A stretch of DNA of 64,000 nt from an uncultured delta proteobacterium (GTDB taxonomy: Bacteria; Myxococcota_A; Polyangia; Polyangiales; Polyangiaceae): NCBI GenBank assembly GCA_963850305.1, contig CAWKKR010000008.1, positions 672,001 through 736,000 on the forward strand, written 5' to 3'. The notes beneath the pieces are model-generated. The model was not told the DNA's origin and did not search any database. It saw only the letters and a program-made list of their open reading frames with translations. Of the stretch, positions 54,227-64,000 are shown one piece after another; positions within the stretch are counted from its first letter, which is position 1, and every line of letters starts with the position of its first letter. The position numbers were made by a program, and so were the translations under genes.

Positions 54227-55044
54227 CGGCCATCCTGGAAACTCTACTCGAGATCGCCTTCGAAGCCGCGGCGGTGGTCCGCGAGGTCTACGAGACACCA
54301 TTCGCGGTGGACTGGAAGGGACCGAAGGATCCGGTCACCGCCGCCGACGTTCGCGCGAACGACCTCATCTGTCGCAGGTTGGCGAACCATTTCCCGGGCG
54401 TGCCGGTGGTCGCCGAGGAGAGCGATCCCTCGAGCTTCCTGGACTACCGAACCGCATCGCGCGTGTTCTTCGTCGACCCTCTCGACGGCACCGCGGAGTT
54501 CGTCGACCGCAACGGCGAGTTCGTCGTGATGATCGGACTAGTGGAGGACCGCAAATCGACCACGGGGGTTGTCGTCGCTCCAGCGACCGGGCGCGCGTGG
54601 GCGGGCCGGGTCGGAGAAGGAACTTTCACGGTCGCGCCCGACGGGACCAGAAGCCCGGCGAGGGTCAGCGACGTCACGGCCCTCCCGGCGGCGCGGATCG
54701 TCGCGTCCCGCTCGCACAGAAGTGCCGCCCTCGAACGCGCGCTCGCCCTCATAGGAGGAAGCGAGGTTGTGGCGATCGGGAGCGCCGGACTCAAGGGAGC
54801 CGCCATCGCTGCAGGACGCGCGGACATTTACGCCGGCACGGGGATCGTCGGTAAACGGTGGGACGTGTGCGCCATCGATGCGCTGATCACGGCCGCGGGT
54901 GGTCGTCTGACGGACTCTTTCGGGCGGGCCTTCGACTATCACGCGGACAGCCTCGTCAATGACCGAGGCGTGGTAGCGGCGAACGAGCCGTTGCATCCGC
55001 TCGTGATCGAGCGTTTGGCCGCACTGGTTGCCGGATCGAACTGA
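54223..55044 (+). CDS. Inositol monophosphatase/CysQ-family phosphatase
   Basis: PVTAAD, AEES, VDPLDGT, SRSH, GSAGLK, WD. Confidence 0.9.
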   Translation: MTAILETLLEIAFEAAAVVREVYETPFAVDWKGPKDPVTAADVRANDLICRRLANHFPGVPVVAEESDPSSFLDYRTASRVFFVDPLDGTAEFVDRNGEFVVMIGLVEDRKSTTGVVVAPATGRAWAGRVGEGTFTVAPDGTRSPARVSDVTALPAARIVASRSHRSAALERALALIGGSEVVAIGSAGLKGAAIAAGRADIYAGTGIVGKRWDVCAIDALITAAGGRLTDSFGRAFDYHADSLVNDRGVVAANEPLHPLVIERLAALVAGSN

Positions 55045-55214
55045 TGCAGCGCGTTAGCACCGAGTTGCTTCGTTGACAGACGCGATGCGAGCGGCGTACG
55101 GTCCGGACGCGCCGGGAAACCGAGGGATTGCAGGCATTTTGGCGGGCTCTGCCGTCGCTTGCCCTCGCGGTAGACCGAGCGACAGTCGCTCGCTTTCACC
55201 CTGGAGAATTCGAC

Positions 55215-56961
55215 ATGCTCCGTTCCTCGCGCACTCTCGTGTCGCTGGTTCGTCTGTTGACGTTCAGCGCGCCCGCCATCGGCGCGCTCGCCATTTCAAC
55301 CACCCTGGTTGGTTGCAAGGACGAAGGGCAGCCGGATTACTGGGTCGAGAAGCTGCAGGATCGCGCGTGGCAAAGCAACGCCGTCAAACGGCTCGAGCAG
55401 TTCTTCGACGACACCTTCACGAGGACGAACAAGGATCTCGACGGCGCCGGACATGAAGGCGCTCGCCGACAAGGTCGTCGAGCCGCTCTCGAAAATGTAC
55501 GTGGACGACTATGGCGATCTGGACGACCAGACGCGCGAGTCGGCACTGAAGCTCATCGCCGCCTTCCGGGATCCGCGCGGTGAACCGGCGCTGAAGAAGG
55601 CGTTCGACGAATTCGCGAAGACCGGCAAGGGCGAAGCGGACGTGAGATGGGCCGCTCGCGCGGCGGGTGAAATGAAATTGCCGGGGCTCGCGGAGCCGAT
55701 GGTGCAGGCTTTCGACAAGCTGAAGGCCGCCACCAAGGAGGGCGCCTACGTCTACCGCGACCTGAACGAGGCCATGCTCAAGATGCCCAGCCCGAGCTGG
55801 AGTGGGACGCTGAAGTCCAAGCTTCAAGATGACATCGTTCCGCCGGGCGACGGCAAGGACCCGAACGCCGTCGATCAGTTCAAGAACGAGCTCTTCTGGC
55901 AGACGACCTCGGCCCAGCTCCTGGGCGAGCTGAAGGATGACTCGGCGATCGAGCCGCTACTGAAGATCATGCTCGACCCGGCGAAGGCGGACGTGCAGCC
56001 GACGGCTGTCCTGGCGCTCGTGAAGATTGGCAAGCCGGCTGCGGCACGCGCAATGAAGCTCCTCGCCGACCAGGATCCGGATCTTGCAGCCTATTGCATC
56101 GCGCGAGTGCAGAAGGTCACGGGCTCGAAGGACCCGCCCAAGGACAAGCCTTACATCGGCATTGCCGCCGTCATTCTCGGCTCGATGGGCCGGCCCGATA
56201 CCCTGGATGCCATGGTGACCGCGGTACACGACACGAAGGACGCGTCGACCCGCGCCATCATCGCGCGGGAGATCGCCAAGATCCCGCCGACGGCCGCGTC
56301 GAAGCAGGCGTTCCGCGTGGCGTACGAAGCGACGACGATCGACGACCAGATCCCACCCGGCTCCAATGCGCTGGAAACGCTCACGAACGCCGTCGGCATG
56401 TTCTACGACGCGGACTTCGTGCCGTGGCTCCTCGAGCGCGCCGAAAAGACGAAGGGTTCGGGCGAAGAAAAGACGGAGCTCCAGAGCATGGCGACGTTGA
56501 CGTCGGTCACACTCATGAAGCCCGAACAGATCGGGCTCGTGCAGGGCGCGGTAAACAAGTGGGGCACGCAGATTGAAAAGGACGCGTTCAAGCAATCGAG
56601 CGACTTGCTCCGGAGCTGTGGGGATCGAGTTCCTTGTTATCTGGCGGCCATCCAGAAGGGGGACAACCAGGAGCGGGCCAACCAGACCATCGGCGTCAAG
56701 GCGGGTTACATGATCGGCATCTATGGCGACGACAAGGCGCGCGGCGATCTCATCGACGGGCTGGCGGTGATCGACAACGCGACGGTGCGCGCAATCGCGG
56801 CGCAAACCATCGATTTCCTGTCGCCCAAGGGATCGAAGGAGGCGGCGGACGCCCTCGAGAAGATCATCGACAAGGACACGAAGACGGCGGACAAGGACAG
56901 GATTGCCGGCGATGCGCCGCTCAAACAGATCATGTATCGAATCCGCGCGCGCGCGGAGTGA
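55215..56961 (+). CDS. HEAT-repeat lipoprotein (frameshift near 55440)
   Basis: MLRSS...LVGC lipobox in one frame, continuing as APDMKAL... in ORF 55309..56961 after one extra G. Confidence 0.75.
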
Positions 56962-57033
56962 GCCGCTTCGAGGAGGCTGGCCCATCACCATACGGGGCCT
57001 TCGCCGGAAGGCGTCGCGAGGCGTGCCGGAAGC

Positions 57034-58972
57034 ATGATCCGCGTGCGGCTGGAGGTCGTACGCGCCGGCGAACCGACACGTGTCTTCGAGCCGGAAACAG
57101 ACGTCGTCCGCATCGGCCGGAGCTCGACATCCGAGCTCCGGATCGAAGACCTGGCGCCGCAGCATGCGCGGATTCGAATCGACGACGACCGAGTGTCGCT
57201 CGAGGATCTCGGGGTCCGGCGGCACCACCTCGATTCTCCGGGACGGCACACCGACCCTTCTCGACGCTGAATCCAGGAGCGCGGAGCTCGGCTCGGGCGA
57301 CGTCGTGGAGCTTCGCGGCGGCGACAGCGGCGCGAACGTCGAGCTCCGCGTACATTTCGACGTCGACTCCGAGGAACCGCGCATCGTGGAGATGCGACCG
57401 CTCGCGGAGCTGCCCGGCGGAGCTGCAGCGCCGCACCGAGGCGATCCGCTGCTGCGCACGCTCTGCGAGGTGCAGCGCACGATCGGGTCCGCCAAGCGGT
57501 TGCCGGGCGTTCTCGGCGCGGTGGCGGACGCGGCTCTGCTGGTGGTATCGCGCGCGACCCATGCGACCGTACTGTTGCAAGAGGACTCTCTACCGGGCGA
57601 TGGCGTCCTATCCGCCGTGACGCGAGTCCGCGGCCCGAACGGCGCAGGAATGGCGCCGAAAGACTCCGTGCGCGTCGCGCGGAGCGTCTTTCGCAAGGTG
57701 GTCCGCGAGCGCGCGGCGGTGCTCGCCGCGGACGCCCCCTCCGGCGAACTCTCGTCCGAGTCACTGCTGGGTGCGAGCATCCGGAGCACCATCGGCGTCC
57801 CGCTCTGGCAGGGCGAAGAGATTGTCGGCGTTCTTCAGATCGACAACCGCGCAGCGCCAGGGATGTTCACGACCGCGGATGTGGATGCGCTGGGCGTCCT
57901 CGCCGCAAACGCGTCATTGGCCGTCGCGAACGCCCGGCTCATTCACCGTCTCGAGTCGGCGGAGGAGCTCCTCGAACGCGAAAATCGGTTCCTCAGGAAT
58001 CGTGAACGTGCACGACGCGGGACCGCCGAGGTCGTGGGAAAAAGCGCGGCGTTCACGGCCCTCCTGTCGCAGATCGGCAAGGTCGCCGACACGCGCGTCT
58101 CCGTACTCATCGAGGGCGAAACGGGCAGCGGCAAGGAACTCGTCGCGGCCGCGCTGCATTACCGCTCGCGACGCCGCGAGCGCCTGTTCGTCGCGCAAAA
58201 CTGCGCGGCTCTGCCCGAAGCTCTTCTCGAGAGCGAGCTCTTCGGGCACAAGCGCGGCGCGTTCACGGGCGCGACGGAGGATCGCAAAGGGCTCTTCGAG
58301 CTCGCCGACGGCGGCACGCTGTTCCTGGACGAAGTGACCGAGACGCCGCTCGCGTTGCAGGCGAAGCTGCTCCGCGTTCTTCAGGAGGGTGAAGTGCGTC
58401 CTGTCGGCGCAAACCATCCGAAGCATGTCGACGTTCGGGTCGTCGCCGCAACGAATCGCGACCTCGAGAAGGAAGTCGCGGAAGGGCGCTTCCGAGAAGA
58501 CCTCTACTATCGACTGAAGGTTTTCCCCCTGCGCGTCCCACCGCTTCGCGAGCGACGCGAGGACGTGTTGCTCCTGGCCGCTCACTTCCTCGCCCGCTAT
58601 TCGGCGGAGATTGGACGACCCGTCGCCGGCTTCTCGCAGCCGGCGCTCGACCTCATGGTCGCCTACGCATGGCCCGGCAACGTGCGCGAGCTCGAGAACG
58701 AAGTCCAGCGACTCGTCATCCAGGCCGACGTCGACAGTTGCATCGAGCCCGAGCTCCTCAGTCCCAAGATCCGACAGATAGAAGGGACGATTCTCGGCGC
58801 CGGAGTCCCGCGCACGGAAGCCAACCTCAAGAAGATGATGGACCAGGTCGAACGCCATCTCGTCTCCGAAGCTCTGCGCACCCACGGCAACAACAAGACC
58901 AGCGCCGCCAAAGCGCTCGGCATCACGCGAGAGGGTCTGCACAAGAAACTCAAGCTGCTCGGGCTGGGATAG
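57034..58972 (+). CDS. FHA-GAF-sigma54 enhancer-binding protein (frameshift at GGGG 57211-57214)
   Basis: IGRS...HARI...[32 protein letters not shown]; Fis-type HTH. Confidence 0.9.
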
Positions 58973-59036
58973 CGGAGGGATCCCTGTCGTGGCGGGTGCG
59001 ATTGAAGTAGCGCGCACTGCCGCTGCAGAGGTTCCG

Positions 59037-60347
59037 TCAGGCGGCCGGCAGGCGGTCTCGCGACACTTTCCGCTTGTTGACCAGCGTCGTGTTGATGACC
59101 TGCTGCGATACCTCGAAGTGCTTTGCCGCGAGTTCGACGCCGTCCTCGTCAGTTCCGTTGTCATCCGTGAAAGCGTCTAGTTCTGTCCACGGACAAAGGA
59201 GCTCCTGCGCGAACGACCGCTGAAACTTTTGGAGCGCGGTCCCCGTGTCGCACACAGGCAGAACGTGCTCATCGGGACCCAGGAGCATCGCGCAGCCGAT
59301 GATTCTCGCTAGATCAAAACGCTGGCGTACGCCAGCCCGCCTGACGACGACAGCCGTTCGCCCATCCTGGCTACCGCTTCGAAAGCCGCCCTGCAGTGAA
59401 ACCACGGGTCCTGCTGAGGCCAACGAAGGGAGAGGCAGTTTGACGTCCAAGGACTGCTCCAGCACGGCATTCGTCAAGGGACCCGACGTGACGCCGAGGC
59501 GATGTCGCATCTCGGTCGCCAGCGCGGCTCCTTTCTCCCACGGCAACTGACCAGGACGAAACGCACGAGTCGTGCTTGGCACAGTCTCGAACTTCACGGT
59601 GGTGGGCGAGATGCGCATCGCTCCAACGACATCCGCCGCCGCGCCGAGTCCCCCCTTCAGGTTAGGCACTGCGGCCATGAGCTCGTCACCGGACACCGGT
59701 CCCGCGATTCCGACGAGCGTTTTCGCACCGTCCAGCCATTCGGGCGGGGCTGAACCGGGATCGATACCGGCGAGCGCCTGAAGTCGGCAGAGCTCCGCAA
59801 GGTGGGGCTTTGCTCGTTCATCACAAAGCTCGGCTCTCAGCTCTAGTAGCTCATCGGCCTTTCTAGACAGCCCCGCGAGCCTACCCTGCACGAGGTCGAG
59901 AAATGCTTCCACGGCGGTTTCGAAATCCGCGGCAGGCACATCGACGGTCAGATCTCGCAGATATCGCACCGCGGAGACATCGGCTTGAGCTTCGGCCTTG
60001 ATTTGCAGCTGAAGAAACTGCCCATCGCTGGACAGCTGGAGTGGAGGCCAAGCGTAGCCACCTCCTATCGATGCCAGCGAGTGCGCTTGGCTCCAATCTC
60101 GGCGCGGGTATTTCGACGACGGTTCCCATCGGAGCCGCCACCAGTTCACGAGCAGCCATCTGGCCAGGGCATACGCAGATACATTGATGTGCGGACGCAC
60201 CGTGCGGGCGATCGTGTCGTCAACTTCAGTTAACGGAATTTGGTCGGACCCGACGAGAATGGCCAACGACGCCACTGTCGCATCCTCGACCGACGCGCTG
60301 TCTGCCGGGCCCAGCCAGGTGAGCACGTTGAACTCGAGCTCACGCAT
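59037..60347 (-). CDS. Uncharacterised protein with a degenerate ImmA/IrrE-like C-terminal domain
   Basis: WLLVNWWRLRWEP N-terminal motif; RQRFDLARIIG and QRSFAQELLCP resemble the RxRFTxAHELGH...ANxFAAELLMP pattern. Confidence 0.7.
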   Translation of the reverse strand: MRELEFNVLTWLGPADSASVEDATVASLAILVGSDQIPLTEVDDTIARTVRPHINVSAYALARWLLVNWWRLRWEPSSKYPRRDWSQAHSLASIGGGYAWPPLQLSSDGQFLQLQIKAEAQADVSAVRYLRDLTVDVPAADFETAVEAFLDLVQGRLAGLSRKADELLELRAELCDERAKPHLAELCRLQALAGIDPGSAPPEWLDGAKTLVGIAGPVSGDELMAAVPNLKGGLGAAADVVGAMRISPTTVKFETVPSTTRAFRPGQLPWEKGAALATEMRHRLGVTSGPLTNAVLEQSLDVKLPLPSLASAGPVVSLQGGFRSGSQDGRTAVVVRRAGVRQRFDLARIIGCAMLLGPDEHVLPVCDTGTALQKFQRSFAQELLCPWTELDAFTDDNGTDEDGVELAAKHFEVSQQVINTTLVNKRKVSRDRLPAA

Positions 60348-60780
60348 GTTGCTGAACCCACGCGGCGCGAATCTGATCGAACAAGGGATCGCTTCGTCGG
60401 ATCGGGTACCCGTGATAGCGGCCGATCACGCTCCCACCATATATGGCCTCGAATACGCGACCGTGTTCGTCGACGACCCAGAGCTCTTTCGGGAAGCCGG
60501 GCGCTCCGATGGGATCGCTCACGAGGCCACCCTCGATCGCTCTCGCCAACAGGTCCGTCGCGACGGCCCTGCTCGCGACACCGGCTTCATCGCACAGCGT
60601 CTTGTCCGGGCGCGGTGCGGCGGGAGGGGTTAGCCCGAAGTCTCCCGGATTTTTCTTATGATAGGCGCTGCCCTCGTACGCGGCGTTCAGCCGAAGGTAC
60701 GCCTTCTCCGTGTCGGAAAGCGGGGTCGAGCGAATGGTGCGGACCGTCGCCTTCTGCACCTCGAGCGCCTTCCTTCCCAT
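60340..60780 (-). CDS. Small uncharacterised protein, putative toxin/nuclease
   Basis: 146 aa from ATG 60780; YEGSAYHKKNPGDFG...FPKELW...YHGYP; ATGCGTGA overlap with the next gene. Confidence 0.75.
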   Translation of the reverse strand: MGRKALEVQKATVRTIRSTPLSDTEKAYLRLNAAYEGSAYHKKNPGDFGLTPPAAPRPDKTLCDEAGVASRAVATDLLARAIEGGLVSDPIGAPGFPKELWVVDEHGRVFEAIYGGSVIGRYHGYPIRRSDPLFDQIRAAWVQQHA

Positions 60781-60924
60781 GTGATCTCGCCGAGTTCTGG
60801 GTCGCGTGGAGCGTACCCTGTCGCGATACGCCGATCCAGGGGCTCGATCCCTTCTACCACGCGGCCGATACCGGGTACGACGCGCCTGCAGCCAGACAGC
60901 GATTTGACCAACCTGGTCAGCCTG

Positions 60925-61025
60925 GTCCGTGGGTTCGCCGAGGTGACGGACTAAGGGGGCGACGTTCGGGGGCGCGGTGATGAGGGCGAGGAGGCGTATG
61001 CAGCCGCCGCACCGGGGACAGTCTC
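60925..61025 (-). pseudogene. C-terminal remnant of an IS91/ISCR-like transposase
   Basis: CPRCGGCIRLLALITAPPNVAPLVRHLGEPTD resembles the CPxCGGxMRLIAxIT...ILxHLG tail of these proteins. Confidence 0.55.
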
Positions 61026-61144
61026 GAGCTTCGCGTCCCTTCTCGTCTTCGGCCCCGACGCGCATGGCAGTGAGCGACCTGGAGCGTATCGGCCACATCA
61101 GTGGTCGAAAGTCGAGAAAGGGTCCGGAACTCGAGACAGGCTCA

Positions 61145-61417
61145 CATCCGGAGCGTCGGCTCTTGCACCTGGAACGTCGGCTCTTGCACCTGGAACGTCG
61201 GCTCTTGCACCTGGAACGTCGGCTCTAGCATCCGGAGCGTCGGCTCTTGCACCTGGAACGTCGGCTCTAGCATCCGGAGCGTCGGCTCCAGCACCTGGAA
61301 CGTCGGCTCTTGCACCTGGAACGTCGGCTCTAGCATCCGGAGCGTCGGCTCAAGCACTTGAAACGTCGGCTCAAGCACTTGAAACGTCGGCTCAAGCATC
61401 CGGAGCGTCGTTCCAAG
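61145..61417. repeat. 21-bp tandem array, 13 units
   Basis: Units CACCTGGAACGTCGGCTCTTG, CATCCGGAGCGTCGGCTCTTG and CACTTGAAACGTCGGCTCAAG, no spacers. Confidence 0.95.
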
Positions 61418-61465
61418 CGCTCGGCGCGCGCTTCCGGACACGTAACTCGCCTTACCGCGCGCTGA

Positions 61466-61675
61466 TGTCGACGCTCCGCGTGTCCGGGCCGCCTTTCCCG
61501 ACGCTGGTGCCGACGCTCCGCGTGCCCGGGCCGCCCTTCCCGACGCTGGTGTCGACGCTCGGCGTGTCCGGGCCGCGTTTCCCAACGCTGGTGTCGACGC
61601 TCCGCGTGCCCGGGCCGCCCTTCCCGACGCTGGTGTCGACGCTCGGCGTGTCCGGGCCGCGTTTCCCGACGCTTG
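61466..61675. repeat. 42-bp tandem array, 5 units
   Basis: Unit TGTCGACGCTC(C/G)GCGTG(T/C)CCGGGCCGC..TTCCC(G/A)ACGCTGG. Confidence 0.93.
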
Positions 61676-61765
61676 GCTCGCGTTGCCGGACGTCGGTGTC
61701 GCTTTCCCGAGCGCTCGGCGCGCGCTACCGCTGGCACGGCGCGCGTTGCCGGAGGTCCGGCACGG

Positions 61766-61939
61766 GTCCTCGAGTCCGAGATCCTGCAACAGCAAGCCGC
61801 GAACAACACGAAAGAGCAGTTCGCCAACTCACCGGATCTCGCTCTCGAGCTCGTGAACGCGATCATGGGCGCGCTCGACGCGCACACCGCGATGAGCACG
61901 CAGGCGCTGAACTCGAACGCGGTGCAGAGTGGGATGAAG
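61766..61939 (+). pseudogene. hsdR: C-terminal fragment of a type I restriction subunit R
   Basis: LESEILQQQAANNTKEQFANSPDL..ELVNAIMGALDAH..MSTQALNS, recognised from memory as an HsdR C-terminus. Confidence 0.65.
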
Positions 61940-61941
61940 GT

Positions 61942-62316
61942 GGCATCGTCGTCTTCGATGAGCTGGAGAAGAGCCAGAGCCACGTCCTGATCAACCAGAT
62001 GGCCGAGTACTTCGTGCGCACGGCGAACGGCCGTCTCCGCGCGTCCCGAATTCTGCCCGAACCTCTGTTTGTTCACGGCGAGCTGACGAGCCTCGTTCAG
62101 GTTGCGGACATCGCCGTCTACGTCATCTCCTGAGCGGTGCGGATCAAGGGGATGGACCCGCCCGCTCGCCCCGAGCTGGCAGACTTGGCGGACGCCGTGC
62201 GCTACCTGCGGTATCGCACGTCCGAAGAAACCCCCCACGGCACATACGACCGCTGGAGCTTCGCCTTTCTCGATGACCTGCGCCCGCGCCACGACAGGGG
62301 GGCGGAGACGAAATGA
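61942..62316 (+). pseudogene. DUF3800-family C-terminal fragment with internal stop
   Basis: IVVFDE...PEPLFVH.ELT..VQVADIAVY motif; TGA at 62131-62133, frame continues to TGA at 62314-62316; N-terminus absent. Confidence 0.7.
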
Positions 62317-62350
62317 AAAAAGGCAATGAAGATTTCTCTCCAAAGCCTCC
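62316..62350 (-). ncRNA. Candidate small RNA hairpin convergent on DUF3800 (alternatively a terminator)
   Basis: GGAGGC-UU-UGGAGA-GAAA-UCUUCA-UU-GCCU-UUUUU; TTGACG-17-CATTCT upstream at 62386-62358. Confidence 0.5.
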
Positions 62351-62536
62351 ATACGGGAGAATGAACCGCGGCAAAGGTATCGTCAACCCCCGGACTGCCG
62401 GCCACCAGACGAGGCTGCGTAGTGATCGACCTTTCGGACGTGAAGCGACGGATTGACGGACACGGGAATCCCCCGATCCCGTGGACAGCAGGCGCTTCGT
62501 TTCATCCTTCGGGACGACGCGCGCGTCGATGCGGGA

Positions 62537-63148
62537 CTACTTCGCGCCCAGGGCGGCCATGACGTCGGTGACGTGCTTTTCGGGGGCGCTATCCGTGAAG
62601 ACGGAGACGACCTTGCCGTCACTTCCCACGATGAAGGTCGTCGGCCTGGCGCGACCTCCGTCGATGGGGACGCCGAAGGCCCGCGCAATTTCGAGCTTGT
62701 CGTCGGCAACGAGCAAGAAGGGGAGGTCCTCTTCCGTCGCGAAGTCGCGATGCATGATGCGGTCGTCCGCAGAGACCCCGAGGATCATCCCGATCTTGTC
62801 GTTCAGATGAAGCCAGGCGTCCCGGAATCCCGTGGCCTCCGCCACCGCCGCCGGCGTCTTGTCGGCGCCATAGAAGTAGACGACCACTGGCTTCGACAGG
62901 AACGCAGAGAGGCGCACACGCATTCCCGTGTGCGCGATCCCTTCGAAGTCCGGCGCTAGATCGCCGGCCGCGAGCAATCTGGCAGGATCGCGTTGCCAGC
63001 TCGTGTCGAGAGGGGCGGGAGGCGCCTCGTGGCCCGACGACACGCTAGCCGCGGGCGACGCGTTGCCCGCGGTGGACGACCAATGGCACGACACCACGGC
63101 GAGGCACGCGAGCGCGCCCACGGAGCGAGACCCGACTCGCGTTTTCAC
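62537..63148 (-). CDS. Peroxiredoxin BCP/PrxQ-like lipoprotein lacking the peroxidatic Cys
   Basis: GDLAPDF, VVVYFY..D.TP, ILGVS.D, PFLLVAD, ARAFGV, TFIVG.DG; LAVVSC lipobox. Confidence 0.85.
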   Translation of the reverse strand: MKTRVGSRSVGALACLAVVSCHWSSTAGNASPAASVSSGHEAPPAPLDTSWQRDPARLLAAGDLAPDFEGIAHTGMRVRLSAFLSKPVVVYFYGADKTPAAVAEATGFRDAWLHLNDKIGMILGVSADDRIMHRDFATEEDLPFLLVADDKLEIARAFGVPIDGGRARPTTFIVGSDGKVVSVFTDSAPEKHVTDVMAALGAK

Positions 63149-64000
63149 TGGATCCCGTACTCGCGCAGCCGCCGATAAAACGTGCGGCGCGGAATGCCAC
63201 TCAGCCGCGCCGCCTGCGCTCGATTCCAGTTCGATGCGCGAAGCGCGTCGAGAATCCTCTCCCGCTCGTCGCGTCGATGATGGGATGCCGTGTCACTCGC
63301 TCCCTCCGTACGGTGAGCTCGCTCCGAAGCAGGCTTCTTTGGCGGTCGCCCCGGCACCCCTGCGACATCGCCCGGTCGTGCCCGGACCTCACGCGGCGCG
63401 GCGGAGTCCACGGGTCGCGGAAAGGTCTGGCCTTCGGGGAGATCGAAGTCCTCGGGCGCGAGGACCGGCTCGTCCGAAAGCACCCATGCATTCAGGAGCA
63501 CGTGCTCGAGCTGGCGAACATTCCCCGGCCAGTCGAACGCGGCGAGCCGGCGAAGCGCCGCGAGCGAGACGCTGCGCTTGTCGCGCTTGTACCGCGCCGC
63601 GAAGATCCCGAGGAAGTAGTCGACGAGGGGAGCAATATCCTCCGTCCGTTCGCGGAGCGGCGGCAGATGAAGGATGACGACGTGGATCCGGTAGAACAGA
63701 TCCTCCCGGAAGGTCCCCGCGCGCACCATGGACTCGAGATCGCGGTGCGTCGCGAACATGAGGCGAACGTCGATGTTCTGCTCTTCGTTACCGCCGACAG
63801 GCCGCACCTTTCGCTCCTGAAGCACCCGGAGAAGGCTCGTCTGCATCCGTTGCGGCATCTCGCCGATCTCGTCGAGGAGCAGCGTGCCGCCGTGTGCTTC
63901 ACGAAATAGCCCCTTCCTTTCACGATCGGCGCCGGTGAAGGCGCCGCGGGTATGCCCGAAGAGCTCGCTCTCGAGCAGATGCTCGGGCACGGCCGCGCAA
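63145..64000 (-). CDS. sigma54-dependent enhancer-binding protein (3' part; start outside window)
   Basis: [30 protein letters not shown]-terminal HTH. Confidence 0.93.
   Translation of the reverse strand, partial: CAAVPEHLLESELFGHTRGAFTGADRERKGLFREAHGGTLLLDEIGEMPQRMQTSLLRVLQERKVRPVGGNEEQNIDVRLMFATHRDLESMVRAGTFREDLFYRIHVVILHLPPLRERTEDIAPLVDYFLGIFAARYKRDKRSVSLAALRRLAAFDWPGNVRQLEHVLLNAWVLSDEPVLAPEDFDLPEGQTFPRPVDSAAPREVRARPGDVAGVPGRPPKKPASERAHRTEGASDTASHHRRDERERILDALRASNWNRAQAARLSGIPRRTFYRRLREYGIQ

Noticed and set aside
55430..57220. Split genes at about 55440 and 57212 (also 3027)
   Set aside because: Each is repaired by deleting one base, with no other sign of decay
61145..61675. CRISPR array
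   Set aside because: Units are directly tandem with no unique spacers, and there are no cas genes
62131..62133. Selenocysteine or readthrough at the DUF3800 TGA
   Set aside because: The gene also lacks its N-terminus; a TGG-to-TGA nonsense change is simpler

Overview
GC-rich bacterial window, most likely Myxococcota/Polyangiales (inferred from the atypical EF-Tu switch I, Cys-rich lipoproteins and FHA-GAF-sigma54 regulators). 0.3-2 kb: F0 part of a split ATP synthase operon. 2-10.5 kb: outer-membrane proteins/lipoproteins, two histidine kinases, acylphosphatase. 10.7-45.8 kb, minus strand: the core translation/transcription supercluster (tRNA Thr-Tyr-Gly-Thr, tuf, rpmG, tRNA-Trp, secE-nusG-rplKAJL-rpoBC, an interposed acyl-CoA synthetase, str, S10, spc and alpha operons). 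rplC is missing from the S10 operon, and a divergent IF-1-like ORF absent from the ORF track appears to start at ACG. 46.1-47.8 kb: an IS110 element inserted at a stop codon. Its putative bridge-RNA region is itself interrupted by a 130-bp mini-element carrying the same end sequences. Two relatives of that mini-element lie elsewhere, one translated in frame inside a protein. 59-62.4 kb: a decayed defence-like island (putative toxin plus catalytically dead ImmA/IrrE-like pair, IS91-like remnant, 21/42-bp tandem arrays, hsdR and DUF3800 remnants, candidate antisense sRNA). Five single-base frameshifts, including in atpB and rpoA, indicate assembly errors, so single-base claims need read-level confirmation.
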